DNA of 64,000 nt from Deltaproteobacteria bacterium (GTDB taxonomy: Bacteria; Myxococcota; Kuafuiibacteriia; Kuafuiibacteriales; Kuafuiibacteriaceae): positions 28,804-92,803 of the forward strand of contig JAVJQW010000064.1 of assembly GCA_040218735.1 (NCBI GenBank), written 5' to 3'. Below are positions 25,350-36,529 of the stretch, piece by piece; within the stretch, counting starts at the first letter, position 1; every line of letters starts with the position of its first letter. The translations under genes and the position numbers were made by a program. The notes beneath the pieces are model-generated. The model saw only the letters and a list, made by a program, of their open reading frames with translations, did no database searches and was not told where the DNA came from.

Positions 25350-27155
25350 ATGTCGGGCGAGAAGCTGATTACGGAGCGAAAGCGCACGCACATGTGCGGC
25401 GACCTGCGGGCCGACCACGAGGGCCAGGAGGTCGTGTTGATGGGGTGGGTGCAGACCGCCCGCGATCACGGTGGCGCCGTGTTCTTCGATCTCCGGGATC
25501 GCACCGGGATCGTGCAGGTCGTGTTCGACGAGTCCGAGGGCAAGGACGTCCACACGATCGCCGAGCGTGTCCGCAGCGAGTGGGTCATCGGGATCGTCGG
25601 CAAGGTCCGCTCACGCGGCGCCAACGTGAACCCGAACATCGCGACCGGCGCGATCGAGATCGCCGCGGACTCGATCGAGGTCTTCAACGAAGCCAAGACC
25701 CCGCCCTTCGAGATCGAGGACGACATCGACACCGCCGAGGAGAAGCGCCTCGTGCACCGCTACCTCGACCTGCGGCGCCCGCGCATCCAGCGGAACCTGA
25801 TGCTGCGTTCGAAGCTCAACCACGTCGTCCGCAAGTCGCTCGTCGACCAGGGCTTCATCGAGCTCGAGACGCCGTTCATGGTGAAGTACACGCCGGGCGG
25901 CGCGCGTAACTTCCTCGTGCCGTCGCGCCTGTCGCAGGGGTGCTTCTACGCGCTCGCCGAGAGCCCGCAGCTGTACAAGCAGCTGTTCATGATGTCGGGC
26001 TTCGATCGCTACTTCCAGATCACGAAGTGCTTCCGCGACGAGGACCTTCGCAACGACCGGCAGCCCGAGTTCACGCAGATCGATCTCGAGATGTCGTTCG
26101 CGGACATGGACGACGTACACACCGTGATGACCAAGGTCGTCCGCGGGATGTTCAAGGAGGCGCTCGACGTCGAGCTCCCCGAGCAGTTCCCGCGCATGAC
26201 CTACGACGAGGCGATGCGCCGCTTCGGCAGCGACAAGCCGGACCTGCGCTTCGGGCTCGAGCACATCACGCTCACCGACCTCGTGAAGGCCAACCCCGAC
26301 GGTGGGCTCCCGCTCTTCGAGCAGGCCGTCGCGCAGGGCGGCATGGTCAAGGCGATGGTCGTCCCCGCCGAGCACAAACTCTCGCGCAAGGACGTCGACA
26401 ACCTCGAGGCGAAGGCGAAGGAGGTGAAGGCCAAGGGTCTCGGTCGCGCGAAGGTGAACGAGGACGGCGGCTGGACGCAGTCCCCGTTCGCGAAGACCGT
26501 GAAGGACGAGGTCCGCCTCGCGATCAACGAGGCGTGCGGCGCGAAGCCCGGCGACCTCATCCTCTTCCAGTTCGGCCCCGAGAAGCTCGTGCAGACGGTG
26601 ATGAACCACCTGCGCCTCCTCCTCGGGAAGCAGCTCGACCTCATCCCGCCGAACACCTGGTCGGTGCTGTGGGTCGTCGAGTTCCCGCTGTTCGAGTACA
26701 GCGAAGAGAACAAGACGTACGTCGCGGCGCACCACCCGTTCACGTCGCCGCGCGCCGAGGACGTCGACCGCCTCACCACGGACCCCGGCGCTTGTCGCGC
26801 ACGTGCGTACGACCTCGTGCTCAACGGCAACGAGATCGCGGGCGGCTCGGTCCGAATCCACGACCCGATCGTGCAGGCGAAGGTCTTCGACGCGCTGTCG
26901 ATCTCCGAGGAGGAGCAGCGCGCGAAGTTCGGCTTCCTGCTCGACGCGCTCTCCTACGGCTGCCCGCCGCACGCGGGCATCGCGGGCGGCATGGACCGCA
27001 TCGCGATGTTGATCGCCGGTGCGTCCTCGCTCCGGGAGGTCATCCCGTTCCCGAAGACGCAGAAGGGCCAGGACCTCATGACCGGCGCGCCGACGCCGGT
27101 GGACGACGCGCAGCTCGCCGAGCTGTCCGTGAAGTCGATCGCGCCGAGGGACTGA
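25350..27155 (+). CDS. aspS: Aspartate-tRNA ligase, probably non-discriminating (Asp/Asn)
   Basis: RTHMCG, RDHGG (His is typical of non-discriminating enzymes), SPQLYKQL, CFRDED, RQPEFTQ, AHHPFT, PPHAG, GMDR, IPFPKT. Confidence 0.97.
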   Translation: MSGEKLITERKRTHMCGDLRADHEGQEVVLMGWVQTARDHGGAVFFDLRDRTGIVQVVFDESEGKDVHTIAERVRSEWVIGIVGKVRSRGANVNPNIATGAIEIAADSIEVFNEAKTPPFEIEDDIDTAEEKRLVHRYLDLRRPRIQRNLMLRSKLNHVVRKSLVDQGFIELETPFMVKYTPGGARNFLVPSRLSQGCFYALAESPQLYKQLFMMSGFDRYFQITKCFRDEDLRNDRQPEFTQIDLEMSFADMDDVHTVMTKVVRGMFKEALDVELPEQFPRMTYDEAMRRFGSDKPDLRFGLEHITLTDLVKANPDGGLPLFEQAVAQGGMVKAMVVPAEHKLSRKDVDNLEAKAKEVKAKGLGRAKVNEDGGWTQSPFAKTVKDEVRLAINEACGAKPGDLILFQFGPEKLVQTVMNHLRLLLGKQLDLIPPNTWSVLWVVEFPLFEYSEENKTYVAAHHPFTSPRAEDVDRLTTDPGACRARAYDLVLNGNEIAGGSVRIHDPIVQAKVFDALSISEEEQRAKFGFLLDALSYGCPPHAGIAGGMDRIAMLIAGASSLREVIPFPKTQKGQDLMTGAPTPVDDAQLAELSVKSIAPRD

Positions 27156-27158
27156 CCC

Positions 27159-27506
27159 ATCAGCGACGACGACGCCGAGGTCGCCGCGCTCGCGGCGTTT
27201 CAGCAGCAGGTCACACGCGCGCGCCTGTCGATCGGGCTGCCGTGCATCGGTGTCGGTCTGGTGCTCGGCGTGGTCGGTGCGATCTGGGTGCACCAGCTCG
27301 CGATCGACGCCGGCTTCTCGGGCGGGGCCGCGGTGACCATCGCGCTCGCGGGCTTCGCGCCGCCGGTCGCGATCGCGCTGGTCGGGGGCGTCATCGCGGC
27401 GCGCAGGATCACGAACGCCAAGAAGGGCGCCTGGCTCGACGCGCTCGCGGCCGAGCACGGCGTCCCACCCGAGCGCCTGCGCGAGGTCGCGGAGATCTTC
27501 GACTGA
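27159..27506 (+). CDS. Small two-TM membrane protein (start uncertain: ATC 27159 or GTG 27261)
   Basis: Two hydrophobic helices; frame is open from the aspS TGA; GAGGG lies 8 nt before ATC 27159. Confidence 0.65.
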   Translation: MSDDDAEVAALAAFQQQVTRARLSIGLPCIGVGLVLGVVGAIWVHQLAIDAGFSGGAAVTIALAGFAPPVAIALVGGVIAARRITNAKKGAWLDALAAEHGVPPERLREVAEIFD

Positions 27507-27572
27507 CCGCGCGATCTACGACGGCCGACGGATACGCGAGTGCCCTGACATTGGGTCCAAATGTGGGTGGAC

Positions 27573-28100
27573 ATGGGTGCGGGTGTGTATTCGGGCCGCC
27601 GCCGTCTGCTGCGCGTCTTGGGGCGCGGCGCGGTCGGCGCGGGGATCTTTGGCCTCACGGCCGCGACACGGGACGAGCTGACGCCGAGCGCGCACGGGAC
27701 CGAGGTGCGTCGGTACTACCCGCGCGTGCGTGTCGCTTCGATCGCGGAGGTCGGCGCGGAGCCGATCGCGTTCGGTTATCCGGATGAAGCGTCGCCCTGC
27801 TTCCTGGTGCGGCTCGATCGCCCGGCGGAGCATGGCGTCGGGCCGAACGAAGCCATCGTCGCGTTCAGTCGAATTTGTCCGCACATGGGCTGCCCCATCG
27901 AGCGCGTCGTGGTCGCCGATGCGCAGCTCGGGCCCTGCGGCTGTCACTACAGTGCGTTCGATCTCGCGTTCGCGGGACGGCAGCTTCAGGGGCAGTCCAC
28001 CGAAGACCTCCCGCAGGTGCTCCTCGAGACCGATGACGACACGGTGTGGGCCGTGGGGATGCGGGGCCTGGTCTACGGCCGCTTCGCCAACGTGCCATGA
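27573..28100 (+). CDS. Rieske [2Fe-2S] small subunit, AioB/IdrB-like, Tat signal
   Basis: SGRRRLL Tat motif; YPD...GVGP...IVAFS; CPHMGC and CGCHYSAFD; C-terminal GLVYGR, all typical of AioB. Confidence 0.88.
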   Translation: MGAGVYSGRRRLLRVLGRGAVGAGIFGLTAATRDELTPSAHGTEVRRYYPRVRVASIAEVGAEPIAFGYPDEASPCFLVRLDRPAEHGVGPNEAIVAFSRICPHMGCPIERVVVADAQLGPCGCHYSAFDLAFAGRQLQGQSTEDLPQVLLETDDDTVWAVGMRGLVYGRFANVP

Positions 28101-30619
28101 AGTTCACACGTCGAGAGTTCTCGGGCCTCGCCGCCGCCGGTGTCGCGGGCGGGTGTGCCGCGACCCAGAGCGAGCCGACCCACGTCGACGACACGTCGCT
28201 GCCGATCATCCCCGCCCACGCGAAGCGCGTCCCGACGGCGTGTGACTACTGCATCGTCGGTTGCGGCTACGAGGCGATCACGTGGCCGGTCGAAGACCGC
28301 GGGACCGACGAGGACCCCGCCGATTGGTACGCGCCCGCGATGCATACGATTGCGGACGTCGACGGACGTCCTCACCACGTCGTCGTGCGACCGGACCGCA
28401 GCTCGCGCGTGGTCAACGTCGGCGGAGACTTCAGCGTGCGCGGCGGAACGCTCGCGCAGAAGCTCTACTCCAAGGATCGCGCGACGCGCGAACGCCTCAC
28501 GACGCCGCTCCTCCGAGTCGACGGTGAGCTCGTGCCCATCGGGTGGGACGAAGCGCTCGAGATCAACGCGCGCGTCGGCCGGTACGTGCTCGACCGCCAC
28601 GGCGAGCTCGCGTGGGGGATGAAGCACTACTCGTATCAGTACTACGAGAACACCTACGCGTTGACGAAGCTCGCGCTCGGCGCGGTGAACACGCCGGTCT
28701 GGGCGGTGCACGACAAGCCGGCGGAAGCCTCGGACACCCCCGGGCTCAGCGACGCCGGGGTGTACGCGTTCAACGCTTCGTATCAGGACTGGCGTGACGC
28801 CGAAGTCATCTTCGTGTCCGGCGTCTCGCTGTACGACGCCAAGTCGATCCTCTTCCAGGACTGGGTCGCGCCGGGGGGCGCGAAGCTGATCGTCGTGAAC
28901 CCGCGGCGCGATCTCACCGCGTCGTACGCGCTCGCGAACGGTGGGTTGCATCTGCAGGTCGTGCCGGGGACCGACACGCTCCTGCACAACGCCATCGCGC
29001 GGCAGATCATCGAGATGGGCGGTGAGGACGCGGCGTTCATCGCGGCTCGCACGGTGTCGGCCGAAGATCTCGCAGGCGAGGGCGGGTTCCGGCGCGCCGC
29101 GTTCGGTCGGACGTACGAGGACTACCGAGCGTTCATCCTCGGTCGCGACGAGCACCGCGCAGAGGCGGCGGCCGAGATCACCGGGGTGCCGGCGGAGCAG
29201 ATCCGCGCGGCGGCGCAGATGTTGGCGGCGCCTGCGAAGAGCGCCTTCATGCTCGAGAAGGGCAACTACTGGAGCCACAACGTCGACAACACGAACTCCT
29301 TCGTCAGCCTCGGCCTCCTCGTCGGAGCGGGCGGCGCCCCCGGGCGTGTCATCGGACGGGCCGGCGGACACCAGCGCGGGATGATCAAGGGCGGGCGCTA
29401 TCCGCACGACAAGTCGCCCGATCACTACGAGGGACACCCGCTCGCGTTGAACGTCGACCGTTGGGTGACGGAGGGGCGTGTGCGCTACATGTGGGTCGTC
29501 GGCACGACGTGGTGCGCGGCGATGGGCGCGACCGGGCACCTCGACGAGGTCATCTCGATCCTGACGCGACACACCGGACCCCAGATGACGAGCGCCGTGA
29601 TGCGCGCGGGACGTGTCGACGTCGAGGCGGCGGTCGACGCGCTGCGCGCGAAGGTCGACGCGCTCGGGATGGTGTTGGTTCAACAGGACATCTACGCCAA
29701 CGGGCTGAGCGCCTACGCAGACCTCGTGTTCCCAGCGGCGGGGTGGGGCGAGGCGGACTTCACGCGGATGCAGGGCGAGCGGAGGTTGCGCATGTACTCG
29801 CGCATCGCGGACGCGCCAGGCGATGCGAGACCCGACTGGTGGATCGTCGCGCAGACGGCGCAGCGCATGGGTTACGAAGGGTTCGACTGGCCGGACGGCA
29901 ACGCGATCTTCGAGGAGGCCGCCGAGGCCTCCGTCGGTTCGCCGCACGACTACCAGGCGCTCGTCGACCTCGCGCGGGAGCGCGGTGAGAGCGGTCATGA
30001 GTTCTTGCGCGCGCTGGGCACCGAGGGGGTGCAGTGTCCGATCCGTCGAGACGGCGACGCGTTGGTCGGCACGCCGCGACTTCACGACGAGCGGTTCTTC
30101 ACGACGTCCGGCCGCGCGGTGTTCATGGAGGGATCGTGGGCGCGCGTCGCGCCGGTGCAGGAACGCATCGCGCCGCGCGGCGACGAGCTTTGGGTGACGA
30201 ACATGCGCGTGAACGCGCTGTGGCAGTCCCTCGCGGACGACGCACGCATCCCGCAGCGCATCGATCGCTACCCCGCGAACGTCGTGCACATCCACCCCGC
30301 TGATGCCGCCGCGCGTGGCATCGCGACGGGAGACTGGGTCTCGCTCGAGAACGACTCCGTCCTCAATCACCAGGGCCAGCCACACCTGGGTCGTGTTCGC
30401 GCCGTCGCGCTCGTGACCGACTCCACGCGCCGGGGCGTGATGTGCACGTACTTCAACTACCGAGGTGACGTGTCTCAGAGCGCCAACTGCCTGACGGACG
30501 GCGAGGTGGACCCGATGAACCCGGTGTACCGCTACAAGCTCGCGCGCGCGCGTGTCGTACGCCTCGGACGCTCCGAGTTTGCGGAGACGATGGTGCGGCA
30601 CGCGCCGAACCGCGTGTGA
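28097..30619 (+). CDS. Molybdopterin oxidoreductase large subunit, AioA/IdrA-like, Tat signal
   Basis: TRREF Tat motif; [3Fe-4S] motif CDYCIVGCGY...SVRGG; ERLTTPL; HDKPA; EKG; GGHQRG; ADLVFPAA; ERRLR; IHPADA. ATGA overlap with the small subunit. Confidence 0.9.
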   Translation: MKFTRREFSGLAAAGVAGGCAATQSEPTHVDDTSLPIIPAHAKRVPTACDYCIVGCGYEAITWPVEDRGTDEDPADWYAPAMHTIADVDGRPHHVVVRPDRSSRVVNVGGDFSVRGGTLAQKLYSKDRATRERLTTPLLRVDGELVPIGWDEALEINARVGRYVLDRHGELAWGMKHYSYQYYENTYALTKLALGAVNTPVWAVHDKPAEASDTPGLSDAGVYAFNASYQDWRDAEVIFVSGVSLYDAKSILFQDWVAPGGAKLIVVNPRRDLTASYALANGGLHLQVVPGTDTLLHNAIARQIIEMGGEDAAFIAARTVSAEDLAGEGGFRRAAFGRTYEDYRAFILGRDEHRAEAAAEITGVPAEQIRAAAQMLAAPAKSAFMLEKGNYWSHNVDNTNSFVSLGLLVGAGGAPGRVIGRAGGHQRGMIKGGRYPHDKSPDHYEGHPLALNVDRWVTEGRVRYMWVVGTTWCAAMGATGHLDEVISILTRHTGPQMTSAVMRAGRVDVEAAVDALRAKVDALGMVLVQQDIYANGLSAYADLVFPAAGWGEADFTRMQGERRLRMYSRIADAPGDARPDWWIVAQTAQRMGYEGFDWPDGNAIFEEAAEASVGSPHDYQALVDLARERGESGHEFLRALGTEGVQCPIRRDGDALVGTPRLHDERFFTTSGRAVFMEGSWARVAPVQERIAPRGDELWVTNMRVNALWQSLADDARIPQRIDRYPANVVHIHPADAAARGIATGDWVSLENDSVLNHQGQPHLGRVRAVALVTDSTRRGVMCTYFNYRGDVSQSANCLTDGEVDPMNPVYRYKLARARVVRLGRSEFAETMVRHAPNRV

Positions 30620-30667
30620 AGCGGGAGCGAACGCAACCTTTCGGAGCTTCGAACCGATAACCCTCGC

Positions 30668-30886
30668 ATGACGCGACGCCTCCGCGCTTCCGACTTCGAC
30701 CCGCCCGCGCGCACGTTCACGCAGCGCCTGGTGCGCAACATGGGTCAGGACTACCAGCCCACGAACATCATGGGGCAGCCGATGCGCCGCGTTCCGTCGG
30801 GGCGGGCGACGGACCACGACCCGCAGCCGCGCACGTTCACGCAGTACCTCGTGAGCCGCATGAACGGCGACGTCTGGGAAGGTTAG
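30668..30886 (+). CDS. 72-aa protein with internal duplication
   Basis: DFDPPARTFTQRLVRNM / DHDPQPRTFTQYLVSRM at a 120-nt period; GC3-rich codons. Confidence 0.65.
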   Translation: MTRRLRASDFDPPARTFTQRLVRNMGQDYQPTNIMGQPMRRVPSGRATDHDPQPRTFTQYLVSRMNGDVWEG

Positions 30887-30890
30887 ACGC

Positions 30891-32213
30891 TCACTTCGCC
30901 AAGCGCCGCCACGCGGCGAGCCTCTTCCCGATCGTCGCCTCCTCGCCGTTCTTCGTCGGCTCGTAGTAGCGGCGCCCGAGCAAGGGCTCCGGGAGGTACG
31001 TCTCGCCGGGCGCGATGCCGCCGAGGTCGTGCGGGTACTTGTAGCCCTTGCCGTGGCCTTGCTGCTTCGCCATGGCGTTCTTCCCGGGGAGGATGTGTTT
31101 GGGGACGGGGAGCGGGCCGCGGGTGCGGACGTCCTTGAGCGCGGCGCCGTACGAGGTCACCGCGGTGTTCGATTTGGGGGCGGACGCAAGGTAGGTTGCG
31201 GCCTGCGTCATCGGCAGCACGCCCTCCGGCATGCCGACGAACTCGTAGGACTGGAGCGCGTTGATCGCGACCTGCAGCGCGGTCGGGTCGGCGTTGCCGA
31301 CGTCCTCCGACGCGAAGATCACCATCCGGCGCAGGACGAAGCGCGGGTCCTCGCCGCTCTCCAGCATGCGCACGAGGTAGTAGACCGCGGCGTCGGGGTC
31401 CGAGCCGCGCATCGACTTGATGAACGCCGAGACGACGCCGTAGTGCTCGTCGCCCGCCTTGTCGTAAAGGAGTGTCTTGTGCGCGGCGGCTTCGTCTGCG
31501 ACCTCGCGCGTGAGCCTCACGGGCTCGCCGGGCTCGGCGAGGAGCGTCGCGTCGCGCACCGCGAGGTCGAGCACCGTGAGCGCGCGCCGCGCGTCGCCGT
31601 AGGCGCCGTTGGCGATGAGCTCCAACGCGTCTTCTTCGACCTCGAGCTTCAGCCCCTTGAACCCGTCCGCGAGCGCGCGCCGTAGGATGGCGACGAGCGC
31701 CTCCGCGTCGATCGCCTGGAGCACGAACACCCGCGTCCGGGACAACAGCGCCGCGTTGAGCTCGAACGACGGGTTCTCGGTCGTGGCGCCGATCAGCGTG
31801 ACGAGGCCGCGTTCGACGGCGTCGAGGAGGGCGTCCTGCTGCGACTTCGACCAGCGGTGAATCTCGTCGACGAACAGGATCGTGCGCTCGCCGTGTTGGC
31901 CGCGCGCGACGCGTGCAGCCTCCAGCGTCTTCCGGAGATCGGCGACGCCCGACAGCACCGCGGACATCTGCACGAACCGCATCTTCGTCAAGCGCGCGAC
32001 GAGCCGCGCGATGGTCGTCTTGCCGGTGCCGGGCGGCCCCCAGAGGATCATCGACGGCACGCGGTCCGCTTCGATCAGCCGGCGCAACAGCTTGCCTTCG
32101 CCGAGCAGGTTCTCCTGGCCGAGGACGTCCTCCATCCGCGACGGCCGCATCCGATCCGCGAGCGGATCTTCGGAGTGCTTCGCGTCCGCGGCGTTGTCGA
32201 AGAGGTCGCGCAT
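30891..32213 (-). CDS. rarA: Replication-associated recombination protein A (RarA/MgsA AAA+ ATPase)
   Basis: PLADRMRP, WGPPGTGKTT, DEIHR, GATTENP, SAFIKSMRGSDPDAA, ASEDVG, GYKYPHD. ATG 32213. Confidence 0.96.
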   Translation of the reverse strand: MRDLFDNAADAKHSEDPLADRMRPSRMEDVLGQENLLGEGKLLRRLIEADRVPSMILWGPPGTGKTTIARLVARLTKMRFVQMSAVLSGVADLRKTLEAARVARGQHGERTILFVDEIHRWSKSQQDALLDAVERGLVTLIGATTENPSFELNAALLSRTRVFVLQAIDAEALVAILRRALADGFKGLKLEVEEDALELIANGAYGDARRALTVLDLAVRDATLLAEPGEPVRLTREVADEAAAHKTLLYDKAGDEHYGVVSAFIKSMRGSDPDAAVYYLVRMLESGEDPRFVLRRMVIFASEDVGNADPTALQVAINALQSYEFVGMPEGVLPMTQAATYLASAPKSNTAVTSYGAALKDVRTRGPLPVPKHILPGKNAMAKQQGHGKGYKYPHDLGGIAPGETYLPEPLLGRRYYEPTKNGEEATIGKRLAAWRRLAK

Positions 32214-32287
32214 GCGGACCAACGTGGCACGGTCCTTGACGCTCGTCACGACAGACCTAGTACGTCGGGCGGAGGTCGAAACCAGCC

Positions 32288-34861
<2,574 letters not shown>

Positions 34862-34970
34862 AGAATTACCGAGTATTCTTGGCGGCTTACGTCTCCGTTT
34901 CGAACAGGTAGTCCTTTGGGTCAGGTCGAGGCTCAAGGCCCCCATGCGGCGGCCGAATCACCACCGCAGG

Positions 34971-35828
34971 ATGCACGAACGGCCGCCGCCCACCTCGCTT
35001 CCCGACCCCGCCGTCGTCGGGCGCATCTGTGTCCAGGCGGTGCTCGCGACGTCGGCGGCCCGCTACATCGACAAGTACCGCCTCGGCGAGCTGGTCCGTC
35101 GGCACGTGGTCGACCGGCTGAAGGAGCGGCGCGTCGACTTCACGGAGGTGCTCCGAGGGCTGCTCGAGATCGAGAACGTGACGGAGGAGGACCTCTACGT
35201 CGGCCTCGTCAACATGATCGAATGCCTGCGCGGGATCGGCGTCGAGATGAGGATGCCGCCGATGACGCTCGACGAGCCGTCACGTGCGCGCATCCTCGAC
35301 GCGGGCCATGCGGCCACGCACAGCGCGAGGTCGGCGTTCGAGCTCAGGAGGCTTCGCGCCGTCTCCCACCGCGACGGCAGCGTCCGCCTGGGCGAGATGC
35401 TGGTGCAGGGGCACCACATCACGCAGGCGCAGCTCGACCAGGCGTTGGAGGCGCAGAAACTTCACGGGCGCCGGCTGGGGAGCAACCTCGTCGAAATGGG
35501 TTTCATCACCGCGTCGGGGCTCGCACGGTTCCTCGGGCGTCAACTCGGGATGCCGAGCGTGACGCGAATCGACGACGTCGACGAGGCGGTGCTGCGTCGG
35601 GTGCCGAAGGACATCGTCCGGCGGCTCCGCGTGTTCCCGCTCGCGATCGACGAAGACGGGCACCTCGAGCTCGCGATGGAAGATCCGCTCGACGTGGACG
35701 CCGTCCGCGTGGTCGAGCGCCTCACCGGGCTGAAGATCCGCCCGGTCGTCGCGCCCGAGTCGACGCTCACCTACGCGATGAGCCGCTTCTACGGTCAGCT
35801 CCAGCCCGCGCGCGTGCGGAGCGGCTGA
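34971..35828 (+). CDS. Stand-alone MshEN/GspE-N domain protein (putative c-di-GMP receptor)
   Basis: RLGEMLV...ITQAQLDQALEAQ...RLGSNLVEMG, then LAMEDP...GLKIRPVVA; no ATPase domain. Start ATG 34944 or 34971. Confidence 0.8.
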   Translation: MHERPPPTSLPDPAVVGRICVQAVLATSAARYIDKYRLGELVRRHVVDRLKERRVDFTEVLRGLLEIENVTEEDLYVGLVNMIECLRGIGVEMRMPPMTLDEPSRARILDAGHAATHSARSAFELRRLRAVSHRDGSVRLGEMLVQGHHITQAQLDQALEAQKLHGRRLGSNLVEMGFITASGLARFLGRQLGMPSVTRIDDVDEAVLRRVPKDIVRRLRVFPLAIDEDGHLELAMEDPLDVDAVRVVERLTGLKIRPVVAPESTLTYAMSRFYGQLQPARVRSG

Positions 35829-35879
35829 CGCGGCGCTGCGGGATTGACCGCCCCCCGCACGGGCTTACGGTTCGGGTCG

Positions 35880-36383
35880 ATGACGCGACCCCTCTTCGCC
35901 GCCGCACTCCTCGTCGCGGGCCTCGTGGCCTGCGCCAAGTCCCCCACGGAGGCCGGCACCGCGCTCGGTCGTGACCACGTCGAAGCCATCCGCGACGACA
36001 GCCTCACCTACGAACGATTCGCCGAGGACCTCGAGGCCGGCTTCGCCGCGTACGAGACCGAGGCGGAGCGCGACCAGTTCTCGGACGCCTACTTCGACGC
36101 GATCGAGCCCGAGCAGACCCGCATCGCCGCGCTCTACATGCAGTACCTCGGGCACCACGCGGGTGAGGCGATCGGCGACGCGATGGAGTCGGTCGGCCGC
36201 GGCTTCGGGCGCATGGCCGGCGGCTTCTTCGACGGTCTGAAGCAGGTCGGCGGCGACCGCGCCGAGGCCGAGAAGGACCGCTCGCTCCGCGACCTGGGCC
36301 GCAGCATCGGGCGCACCATGAAGAAGGTGGGCAACGACCTCGCCGAGGTCGCCGAAGGGATCGAAGAAGGCCTCGACGAGTGA
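35880..36383 (+). CDS. Helical lipoprotein
   Basis: MTRPLFAAALLVAGLVAC lipobox; TTGACC-N16-TACGGT ends 8 nt upstream. Confidence 0.75.
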   Translation: MTRPLFAAALLVAGLVACAKSPTEAGTALGRDHVEAIRDDSLTYERFAEDLEAGFAAYETEAERDQFSDAYFDAIEPEQTRIAALYMQYLGHHAGEAIGDAMESVGRGFGRMAGGFFDGLKQVGGDRAEAEKDRSLRDLGRSIGRTMKKVGNDLAEVAEGIEEGLDE

Positions 36384-36529
36384 CTCGACCGCTGCGGGTT
36401 TGACCGCGGTCACCCCACCGTTCTCACCCCGATCCCGGGGCGGATTCTCCGTGTCTTTTCCGACATGTTCCTGCTATAGGCGCCCCCGCGCGTGTGTGCG
36501 GCTGCCTCCCGCACACACCTCATTTCGTC

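Noticed and set aside
27153-27200. aspS TGA as a selenocysteine codon
   Set aside because: AspRS is complete before the TGA, no Cys-equivalent position is implied, and no convincing SECIS hairpin is evident.
27573-30619. Assigning gene symbols aioB/aioA or idrB/idrA
   Set aside because: Active-site segments differ from canonical AioA and the usual accessory genes are missing; a phylogeny is needed first.
32214-32287. CIRCE heat-shock operator upstream of clpB
   Set aside because: No TTAGCACTC-N9-GAGTGCTAA; only a weak TTGACG-N16-TAGTAC promoter candidate.
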